Positions 11,401 through 21,680 of a stretch of DNA of 64,000 nt are shown piece after piece. Position 1 is the stretch's first letter, and every line of letters starts with the position of its first letter. The stretch spans positions 11,782,591-11,846,590 of the forward strand of contig CAJINV010000002.1 of NCBI GenBank assembly GCA_905178155.1. The letters run 5' to 3'. The position numbers and the translations under genes are program-made. The notes below the pieces were generated by a model. The model made no database searches, was not told the DNA's origin, and was given only the letters and a program-made list of their open reading frames with translations. Source of the DNA: Amoebophrya sp. A120 (Eukaryota; Protista; Dinoflagellata).

Positions 11401-14289
11401 TCAACGAGTACTACCTCTTCCACGGCACCTATCACAGGAAAAAAGTGTTACAGTTACACACTAGCCTCCAGAAGCTCCGCCTGTACGTGGTTGACATGTA
11501 AAACAAGTAAAAGTATCCGCTAGATAGAGGATGAAAAAATAAATAGAAGCGCAAAGATGACAGGACAACCCACGCGAATCTTATTGGGATACGATCCAAA
11601 AAAAAAAAAGTGCGAAGGATGACAAGGAAACCCGCCCGCAGCTCGCCACTGCTGCCTCTCTTCTGTTGAAGAAAGCGCAGCGGCCCGCGGGCGCGAAGAG
11701 TGGAGCTCGCTGGGTGGCGGACTTGCAGCGCCCCGCGACATCGGCCCGCTTGGCTATGGCCTCGCGCCTGCCGGCTGGCTGGCCGTCGCATGAGCCACGC
11801 CGGGCTAGCTGGGTGGGCCCCGGGTTAGTTTGGCCTCGCGCCCGCCCGGCTAGCTCGAGCCGGCACGGGCCGGGATGGCCGGGTCGCCTTTCGTTGTCTG
11901 GGCCCACCTTGCCTTCGGGCGCGCGGATTAGTTCGTTGTAGGCCGCACGGCTTCGGTTTTGGCACCTGGCCGCGCGGGCCCGGTTTTGCCGCTTCTCTGC
12001 GAGGCTTCCGGGCTTCGAGGCTTCCGGGCTTCGAGGTTTCCGGGCTTCGAGGCTTCCGGGCTTCGAGGCTTCCGGGCTTCGAGGCTTCCGGGCTTCNNNN
12101 NNNNNNNNNNNNNNNNNNNNNNNNNNNNNNNNNNNNNNNNNNNNNNNNNNNNNNNNNNNNNNNNNNNNNNNNNNNNNNNNNNNNNNNNNNNNNNNCCAGG
12201 CTTGTTCGAGGCTTCCAGGCTTGTTCGAGGCTTCCAGGCTTGTTCGAGGCGTCCAGGCTTGTTCGAGGCGTCCAGGCTTGTTCGAGGCGTCCAGGCTTGT
12301 TCGAGGCGTCCAGGCTTGTTCGAGGCTTCCAGGCTTGTTCGAGGCTTCCAGGCTTGTTCGAGGCTTCCGGGCTTGTTCGGGGCTTCCGGGCTTGTTCGGG
12401 GCTTCCGGGCTTGTTCGAGGCTTCCGGGCTTGTTCGAGGCTTCCGGGCCTGTTCGAGGCTTCCGGGCCTGTTCGAGGCTTCGAGGCTTCGCCCGGGCTTC
12501 GAGGCTTCGCCCGGGCTTCGAGGCTTCGCCCGGGCTTCGAGGCTCCGCCCGGGCTTCGAGGCTCCGCCCGGGCTTCGAGGCTCCGCCCGGGCTTCGAGGC
12601 TCCGCCCGGGCTTCGAGGCTCCGCCCGGGCTTCGAGGCTCCGCCCGGGCTTCGAGGCTCCGCCCGGGCTTCGAGGCTCCGCCCGGGCTTCGAGGCTCCGC
12701 CCGGGCTTCGAGGCTCCGCCCGGGCTTCGAGGCTCCGCCCGGGCTTCGAGGCTCCGCCCGGGCTTCGAGGCTTCGTCCGGGCTTCGAGGCTTCGTCCGGG
12801 CTTCGAGGCTTCGTCCGGGCTTCGAGGCTTCGCCCGGGCTTCGAGGCTTCGTCCGGGCTTCGAGGCTTCGTCCGGGCTTCGAGGCTTCGTCCGGGCTTCG
12901 AGGCTTCGTCCGGGCTTCGCGGCTTCGAGAGGCTGTACGCCGTCTTGCCTTTGTCTTTGCTTTGCGCCTTTTGCAGCTTTGCCTTTGTAAGCACTTTCGC
13001 AGCTTTGCCTATGCTCTGCGCCTGCGCTCTCTACTCTCAGCTTTTGCTTCGAGTTTTACTTTCGGTTTTTGTTTTCGGCTTGAGCTTTTAATTTCTTTCT
13101 TGCTTTCAGCTGTTACTTTCAACTTTCGACTTTTACTTTTAGCTTTTACTTTTAACTTTTGCTTTTGACTTTTACTTTTAGCTTTTAGCTTTTGACTTTT
13201 AGCTTTTAGCTTTTAGAGCTTTTAGAGCTTTTAGAGCTTTTAGAGCTTTTAGAGCTTTTAGAGCTTTTAGAGCTTTTAGAGCTTTTAGAGCTTTTAGCTT
13301 TTGGCTTCTTTTAGCTTTTGGCTTTTGGCTTTTGGCTTTTGGCTTTTGGCTTTTGGCTTTTGGCTTTTGGCTTTTGGCTTTTGGCTTTTGGCTTTTGGCT
13401 TTTGGCTTTTACATAATTAGTCACTGCAATAGCGGATACTTGTCTTTTAAATGTTTTCGCACTTGCTATTGATATAGATTTGTTGGAGTTTCTGCATCAC
13501 AAAGTTGCTCGACATGGCAAAGAAAACCTGTGATGCGCAGGCTACAAGGGAAAACACGAGTGAAATGAGGTCGGCAAGCATTTGCTGCATGACAGAGGTT
13601 GTCTGTCTTGCTTGTCTCCCAGCAGAGTGTGTAAGTGTAGCACTCTTTTCTCACGATAGCACCAGGCCCGAGGCGGCGCTGTCCATCACCGACACGGATT
13701 TCAAGGTCAACCTGGCCGGCACCAACGCGGGGAGTCTGTACGGGCGGGGGGTGTATTTCGGCGAGTCCGTGATGAAGGCTGACGAGTACGCGCAGGAGAA
13801 CGACGCTGGCGTAAACCCGATTTTGATCTGTCGTGTGGTATATCAAGTGCAAAAATGTCTGGGTCTGGAAGAATGCAAGTTAGTCATGCTTGTCTCACAT
13901 GACTCTTGAATCTGTCATCCACATTACCCAAGAGCACCATTTTTCTGTCATGCAGAAACGCAGTTTGTCATGCAGAGTAGGGAACACCTAGAAGCTCAGA
14001 AACTTGTAATGCTGAGCCAGCACTTGTGGCCTCCTCATCATACGCCACCCAGCATCATAAGTTTCCAGACCCAGACATTTTTGCATTTGATATGGTACTC
14101 GGCCGAATTTTGTACGAAGACTCGATCTACCCCAATCCGGATAACCTAGTGACCAGCTGCGTCAAGGGAGATTTCGACTCGGTGCTGGGCGATCGGGAAA
14201 AGTGCAGGGGGACATATCGGGAGTTTATCACTTATGACGCCGATAACGTGTACCCGGAGTTCCTCGTCTGGTATCGCAGGCTGACGTGA
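8402..14289 (+). CDS. Ankyrin-repeat poly(ADP-ribose) polymerase-family protein (tankyrase-like architecture), 4 exons, ~1046 aa
   Basis: Exons 8402-10715, 10972-11429, 13664-13840 and 14098-14289 join in frame (3141 nt). Ankyrin motifs: GETVLWYAA, TTLMHAVV, DTPLLFAL, GQTPVMCA. PARP motifs: EYYLFHGT, LYGRGVYFGES..KADEYA, ILICRVVLGR, YREFITYD..NVYPEFLVWY (H-Y-E triad). Confidence 0.88.
10716..10966. mobile_element. Introner-like TIR element 1 (non-canonical intron), family A
   Basis: TIR TATCAAATGCAAAAATGTCTGGGTCTGGAAGA / TCTTCCAGACCCAGACATTTTTGCAGTTGATA. Flanking direct repeat CGTGC. Removing 256 nt gives MNYVL-KKLQF in frame. Confidence 0.9.
11430..13658. mobile_element. Large introner-like TIR element (~2.2 kb, includes a 100-N gap)
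   Basis: Imperfect 30-bp TIR TATCACAGGAAAAAAGTGTTACAGTTACAC / GTGTAAGTGTAGCACTCTTTTCTCACGATA. Direct repeat GCACC. Removal gives LFHGT-RPEAALSI. Confidence 0.85.
11998..13410. repeat. Compound tandem-repeat array with progressively changing unit
   Basis: In order: 16-mer GAGGCTTCCGGGCTTC; N gap 12097-12196; 19-mers GAGGCTTCCAGGCTTGTTC then GAGGCTCCGCCCGGGCTTC; degenerate T-rich tract; 9-mer GCTTTTAGA; 7-mer GGCTTTT. Confidence 0.95.
13841..14092. mobile_element. Introner-like TIR element 2, family A
   Basis: TIR TATCAAGTGCAAAAATGTCTGGGTCTGGAA / TTCCAGACCCAGACATTTTTGCATTTGATA. Direct repeat TGGTA. Removing 257 nt restores the PARP motif ICRVV-LGR. Confidence 0.9.
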
Positions 14290-15619
14290 CCACGTTTATT
14301 ACAGCATCGTCCAGCGCTCCTGCACCAACAACGCGACCGAACGCAAGTCGGACGACGCACCACGGAGGGCGAGGGTTGCATTGTTCATTAACTTACTTAC
14401 CGTTCCTTTTGCTGTTGCAGGACTAGTTATGACCCCAACAAGAACATCTTGCATCATTTGATTGGATCGCTGGTCAGTTCCGGATATGCAGAGGCTTGGT
14501 GGGTCAGTTTCTGTGTGCAAAAATATAGACCCGGAGGAACAGTAGATGGATGCGCCAGAGGGAGAGCCTTCTATATGCCATTGTATGTAAAGATACATTT
14601 GGTGAGAGGACGAGGTGGGTACCATTCTCAGTGGCAGTCGCAATATCAATAGAGGTTTGTTTCGTTTCTGTGTTTGATGCTCAGCTGAACGAGCGGACGC
14701 TCAGTTCTGAATGGAAGGACTGGGAAACTGTTCTGTGTTAAGAGAGCACTTTGACGAAAGATCTGACAAAACCAAGGTGAGAAACCAAAGGACTCATTTA
14801 CAGCAGAGGCCTGTAGTGCATTTGCCGCGGTCGAAGACGTGGATGATGACGATTTTATTGATCCGGCACGAATTATCAGGAGATTAAGATCTAGTATGTG
14901 GTACCCAATGTCGTGGTGCCACTTTTAGTTGTCTATCCGGCGTGTCTTGTGGTTTCCACGGATGTTTTTCTCGCAGTTACGATCGATAGAGAGATGCAGG
15001 TTTAGTGATGCCTCAGAGAGAGTACGATATTGATCTGCCGTTTCTGGTACTGCCAATGCAGATTGAATTCCGTTTTGCGTAAGTTTAGAATTGGTGAAAC
15101 AGCAGCGGCGACCGCGTTTGGACTCTCCCGCGGCCCATGATCTTCTTCTGGACCTGTTAATGAAGTATGGTTACATATACAGGTTTTTCCGTAAAAAAGC
15201 CGTATCTTTGATCTTTCAACAACCGGTTTTTGTTCTTCAGATCACTAGAAGATGCTACTTCCAGGCCAGATCGCAGTTAGAGTGTTTCTCATTTTCCGTG
15301 TAGGCCTAGGACTTGGCGTTCTCGCACTAGCAAAACTTACTAGTAGAGAAGTGCGATAATCGAGACGTGCACGACACTCATCAAAAAGAGCGTCGTTATG
15401 ATTCGTGATTCAACGTCGAGGACAATTTTTTTTTTGCGGACGTCACTTTTTCTGAGAAATACAACAAGCACAACTAATGTTGAATACGACTTGATAAGAC
15501 AATGAGTCATGTAGCCTATCGCGGCCGAGATGTTAAACCTGAAGCGGTGGCTGGCACGGAAGTTGACGCGCAGAACAAGGCTCGTGTGGCGCACCTAAGT
15601 CGCCAGATATGCTAGGAAG

Positions 15620-18600
15620 ATGAAGTTTTTGCAAAGTAGATGCGGAAGTGCCGAAGACGTCGGGGCATCCGGCGCAAGAGCTTCATCACCTGGTAGTCGG
15701 TCTAGAAGTACTTCGCTTGACCTGTCTGGAAGCGAAAATGCAGCGGTGGTGACAGGAGACCACGCTGCGTTTATTTCTACTTCGCAAGCACAGTACCACG
15801 ACAGCGAATTTTCTGAACTTCAAACGCCCGCTCCTCCACCACCTGGAGCGGTTCCGATTTCACCCTCAGTCGGACTTGCGCCCTCTCCCAAGAGGGGCCA
15901 GTGTTGCAGCCCACTGATTCAACAACATCCAGATGCAAGTAGGGGTGTGCTGCAGGAGGAGGCGCCGTTTCAACAGGCGGAGCAACCCGTGACGAGGGGT
16001 GAAAAAATCGACGACGTCCTCGCAACACCACTGCAACAGAGGAGACCATGCGATCAGGGAACTCTCTCTCCCCATGAAGATGTTCATACGCGACGTGTAG
16101 CGAGCACGCCTCAGACCGATGATGTGTCAGGTAAGGAGGAAGTTGGCCCGGCCTGTTCCGGGATCAGGACCCCGCGTATCAAAGGTGACACGTGCTCCAC
16201 CCGAAAGTGTATAGCTCGAGTTATGATGTCGATATTCTCACAGCAGGAAATTTGAATTTTATGTTTAACCCTCTGCTCACTATAACCTCGTGCAGGTTTG
16301 GTGGTGATGATTATGAAGAAATGCAATTCTGCATTTTTCACACCAAACCCTCCTTCACCGGATTCAAAGATTTACACAAGCGAAAAAAGTCCTAGCATCT
16401 CGACCGTGTTGTTGAGACTGCGTTACCTGATGATTAGAACCCTCTGCGCAATGCCCCGCGCAGGATAGATGATGATGATGATGATGATGATGATAGGATT
16501 AGGATCTCATTGCTCAAAGTACCATGATGCATGAGGTAGGGTGGAGTTGCGCACCACGATACCGTTCCGTCGTCAAAGCAATGGATACAGTCCTCGACGA
16601 TTGTTTGAGCAGCCAGAGGACCCAAGGCAGCGCCAGGAGGAGGAGGAAGGCATCTGGAGTGGACATCGAGCCGCGGTTGACGACTCCAAGGACGACGATG
16701 AAATAAAGGACCCCGATGAGCTTTGGAGCCGGGACATTATGCCCATGGTGCAACAGTTCCGCGCGAGCTTGTTCCAAGACGCATACGGTCGCTCTTTCCA
16801 GCACAGTACGCAATCACAGACATACACCCAGCAGGCACAGGCTTGCCTTATGGATTGTGCTGAAGCTGATGCGGAAAAGGAGGCAAGAGAACTGGCTTCA
16901 TCCTCGGTAGAACAATCAGAGAGGCACTCATCTCTGCTGTCTTCACCTGTGCCGCTGGGAGAAGTTATGGTGGCGGGGCAGCAAGGGCAAGAAGACGAGC
17001 TCGAAGATGTGAAGTCTGACTCTTCGTGTCCGAGGGAGCTGGAAGACCCGTACTGCCGGAACTTGGGGTCAGTTGCGCGGCCCTGGAGCGAAGAGGACAC
17101 GTGTTGCCAGCGAGATCCGTTCCCGCAGAAGGAGAATAACCCGCGCGACGTCTCATCTGGGTCGAGCAGTAGCAGCTCGTCGGACGACTGCAGTGGCTCG
17201 GACGAAGAGCGGGATTTGCGCCGAGGCCGACTCTCCGAACGAGAAATTTTGCAAAGAAGGCAGAGGAGCGGAATTCCCATCCGGCGGCTGCCGGACGCAC
17301 CGGCACGTTCCATCCTGAAAGAGTGTACTACCACGTCTCCGAGTTGTTCTTTCCCGCACAGTACCTCCAAAAGTACTGTGCGCACCATCGACAACGACTC
17401 GAGCTCTAGCAGATCGCTTCGCCGCGGCACGGACCACCGCGACCCGGCACTCTCTTCGCCGCGCTCTTCGGAGGATGGAGAGGCCGTGGGCATGTCTCTG
17501 AGACCGGGGCGCCGCGGCGTCGCAGGAGGAGAGTCTGCTGGTTCCAGTGCGTGTGCCTCTAGCTCTCGTCCCAAACCTGTTTGTGGCATAAATGGCCCCG
17601 CGGACCATGATAGCATCCCCTCTGGTTTGCCAGGATCAATTACGCATGATGCTGATGTTGATTCGTTCGTCATTGACATGCTCGGGGAGCAGTGTGTCGC
17701 AGTCGGCGGGGAGGCCCGGCAGCGCAGAACCTTTCGCAACGGAACCAGAAGCAACGACGATGCGCAAGAGGAAAAGGAAGACTACATCGCGACAGGTCAA
17801 CACCGCGGGCGGCGTCAGGGTCAATCGAATGGACAAGCTACGGAAGGAGCAGATTGGAGCAGGTACAGCAGCGCCGACTCGTGGACCCGAGGGCGCTCAT
17901 CCGAAAAGAAATCGAGGGACGAGGAAGCTGTGGAGCACTACGGGTCCAAGCAAAGCAGTGGCAAGCGGGCGCAATTCACGGCCGACGTGGAGTTGCAGTC
18001 ATACGAATACCCGAGGGAAACATGGCGGGGCTGCATCGACGCAAGCATCAAGGAGAACGGCCTGCAGGTTTGGAGAGCGGAAGGGATGAGCGACGAGGCA
18101 GCGAGACCATTAGCGGAAAGAACATTCGCGCCCAAAGTGCGGATGAAGCGATCCTTAGAGGTCCGCGGGAACAGCGAGAAGGCCCAGCGTGCGAACCGGA
18201 TGTGGGGCACTAGGTTTGCGGAACATGGTACTGCGTATCTGTTTTTATTGTGCTTGTCTAAAAAGGAACGCAAACGCATGCACATGAAGTGATCTTCGTC
18301 TTTTGATGGAACAATATCGCGACCTTCCGTCTAGTATCTTGGAGCCTGTAGAAGTTAGTATGTAGTGAGGTCACGAACGTTCTAATCTAGCGATCTTTTT
18401 GACATGTCTTATCCAAAACGACCGGCAGTTTTCAAGCGGCCGGAAGTGTTTTTGGGCATAAAAAATTTTCAATTACTAAGCGGCCGGGGCTTTGCCATCA
18501 AACAAGCCCGAGCGGATTCTATCGATTCCCGCTTGATAAAACGACGCCGGGGAGCCGGCAAAAGGGGCGCCCTTCTGAGGCGCCCGCCGCCTTGGTTTCT

Positions 18601-21437
18601 GGCGGTTTCGGGCGCCCAAAAAGGGGCGCCCAAAAAGCAGCAGTCCGAAAAAAACAGCGAAGCCGCATGGTATGGGCCCCATTTTGGCCCACATTCGGGC
18701 CGCCCAAAAGACGCCACCGAAATCAGCCATTTCAGAGGCGGACGCAAGGCCAGAAGATGCGGCATTTTAACAAAAAAAACCAAAAAAAACAAAGTCCGCC
18801 AAAAGCACAAAGCGAATCCGCATGCTATGGGCCCGATTTGGGGGCCGATGGGGCCGACCCTGGGGTGGGGCTTGACGGGGCCATAGCATGCGGGGAAGGT
18901 TTTTCGATTCGAAACCAAATGGAGGCCAGTTCTGGGTCGTCATTTTTAGCGACCGCCGTGCCATCGTGCATAACATTACTCGCGATGGCATGGTGGGCAG
19001 AGAAGTCGCTTGTGTTTTTGGCGTGAAGACAAAAAAACCGCCATGACCTCACTACCCCCGCTGAGGCGGCTATTATTGGTAGTCTTGCTGTTTTTCCTTT
19101 GCATCGGACATAGCTGTGGTCGGATGCAGACCGCGCATGTCCATAATTCGAGATGATAAAAAAACAGCGAACGGACGAGCGCAGCAGCAGGATGAAGCAC
19201 TCTCATGGGCAGAAAGGGAAGATGACTACCAGCGGAGCAAAGGTGCTGTTGAGACGAATGGACTACATCGCCGAATGGGGCCCACGACTGCGCTGTGCCG
19301 CCCAGACTCTACTGCGGCACCACCTCCACCACCGGAGCAGTTATCATCTGTTCCAGAATGGCAGAAAGAGCATTCGACAACCAGCACCCGTCCGAAAACT
19401 CGCCTGGAAGAGCTTGCGGACGATGAAAAAGAAGCTTCGATCCGCGTGCCGGAGATCATCGCCTCATCAAAGGCACAGACGCGAGGAGAAACAGTTGAGC
19501 TGGAGGTCGCAGGCTCGTCACCGGAGGACGCCTCGTCTGCGGATAGCCTCAAAGCTGCTGCGATAGTAGCAACGAAGACCAGCACCGAAAATAAGACGAG
19601 CAGCAAGAGGACAAAAGATAAAGCCAAGGCGGAAAAGAGGCACGGCACCGCGGGCGAGAAACAAAAGAGCCCTGGCTGTGCTGGTGACGGTGCCGCGGGC
19701 GGTGACCAACAGGCAAAGCGTGGGAAGAGTGAGCAGTTTTTGGAAGCGCTCGAGAGCCTGCGGCAGGAATTCTTGGCGCAAAAGGCGGAAGAAAAAGAGG
19801 GCAAAACTGCGGAACTGCAACGCAAAGTTGCCGAGCTCCAGAAGAAGGAGGAGCACTGGAAAGCAAAGGCGCAGAGCGAGGCGCAGGAGCGAGAGGACGG
19901 CGTGAAGGCGAGGCTGGAAACCGAGGCGCGAGAACGAGAAGAGTATTGGCAGGCGCGGGAAACGCGAGGTCTGCAACTGTTGCAGGAAAAGAGCGCAATC
20001 ATTGAGGACTTGAAGCAGCAGCTGCAATCGCGCGAGCGGGCGACAGAGCTGCAGCAGCAGGCGCACGAAAAAATCCTGCGGGAAAAGGAGCAGCTGTTTG
20101 AACAAAAGTTGCAGCAGAAAAGGGCAGAGGACGCGCTCGCGTTCAAGGAGGCTCAGGCGGAACTGCAAAGTAGGTACGAGACCGCGAAAGTGATCGCTTG
20201 CCAGCTATGGACTTGAAAACAGTTTTTCCTGCAGCTTCGCATCAGAAGTGGCCCAGATGACGAAAGAAACACTCGAATCCGGCTCGTGATTTCAGAATTG
20301 ACTCTCACGCACACGAGAAATGTGAAAAGCGGGTGAGGAGGTAGGTGGTCTTGCGTGCCCGTCCAGCGCAATTTTCGTTCATTTTTGAAGCGTTTGATTT
20401 TGCAGTTAGAACTTTGATAGGGATTGCTAAAGCAGCCCCACATAGAAGATGTCGTGGCCAGCATGCCACTCGGCGACGAGCATGTGCAGAGCGAGTTTTT
20501 TGCATTCATTTCAGGCATTACTCACTTGACATTTTCCATCTGGCTTCCTGCAAGACTTCTGTTTTCGATTTCAGAAACCGACGTGAAGAACCGAATGGAG
20601 CATCTGGCCAATCAGCACATCCAGAGCGAAGCACGAAGAATCGAGATGGCCTACAACCTGCCGGCGCACCAGCTTTGTCCCCGCAGCTTCTACGTCGGTG
20701 CCGACGCAATGCAACTCCTGGACGCTGGGAAGAAGGAACTAGGCGCACTAACCATGATTAGCCAGGAACCTACGCAGCACCAGCAGCTGCAACAAGACGA
20801 GGAAGAGACGACGAACGAAGCAGAAGTTCAACAATCTGGGTTTGCGAGGAGTTGCCTTGTGTTGCAGCGGACCAAAAGTTATGGGAACAGCTCCTCTTCA
20901 TCGTCGCGCCTTGTCTTCAGCGAAAAGGAGAAGGCTCTGATGCGGAAACCCCTGGAATGGATTCCCAGCAGCGTTGACCAGCAAAATGTTGACGACATGC
21001 GCAATTTTGTCTATCTTGGACTCGAGAACGCTTCCGAGGCCTGGCTTTTGAAAAAATGGCCAGATCGTTTTCGCCGAGCCGATGTCGCAAGAGGCAACAG
21101 GGCAACTTTCGACGTTGTCAAGGCGCTGCCGGATGCTGTAGCTCTGAGCCCGCGTTCAAGCCACGGCGTTGAAACCTCTTCTTCAGACGCGAAAGGGAGC
21201 GGCACCTCGACATCGTTTCCAATCACTTCCGGCGGTGCGGTCGCCGAGGGGGACGCGCAAAACTTCAGAACAGCAGCAGTAGGACAGCAAGAACAGGCAG
21301 CGTTAGAGCCTTCGCCAGTAGCATTTTTGTGCGAGGCAAAATTATCGGAAGAGGACGAGAAACTGAAGGCACAGGCGCTGGCCAACGCCCGGCGAATAAC
21401 TATCGAGAAACTGGAACTACTGCTGCGGGCCCGATAG
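15620..21437 (+). CDS. Multi-exon hypothetical low-complexity/coiled-coil protein
   Basis: Consecutive long + ORFs (15620, 16541, 19116, 20424). In-frame GT-AG intron 18228-19113 and an E/K/Q-rich coiled coil at ~19730-20190. Other junctions are unresolved, and the gene could be joined to the next one. Confidence 0.5.
16468..16494. repeat. (GAT)9 microsatellite
   Basis: Direct reading; lies in a probable intron. Confidence 0.9.
18365..19052. mobile_element. MITE-like element inside a canonical intron
   Basis: Inverted repeat GTAGTGAGGTCA (18362-18373) / TGACCTCACTAC (19044-19055), compatible with a TA target duplication. The interior is GGGCCC-rich with A-runs and non-coding. Confidence 0.55.
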
Positions 21438-21680
21438 GCATTACAAGAGTATCGCGCCCGTGTAGAGAAAAAAACCACCTCAGTTGTATTTGTATTTTGT
21501 GTTGCGCGCATAGGACAAAGCATGGGGGGCGCGGAGACTCCGCGCTCCATTACGCTTAAACCATGGAGCCAGAGTTTTTCCGCGGCGTTTGACGCCAGGC
21601 TTGGAAGACGGGGACTTGCACTAAGCATCCTATTAAGTCGCTTGGAAACTTTTCTGCATTTTTTTCACACGTCGAGTGCG

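Noticed and set aside
11825-13168. Long repetitive ORFs on both strands (up to 389 aa)
   Set aside because: By-products of a stop-poor tandem array inside an intron.
11998-13410. CRISPR array
   Set aside because: Repeats are contiguous with no unique spacers, there are no cas genes, and the context is eukaryotic.
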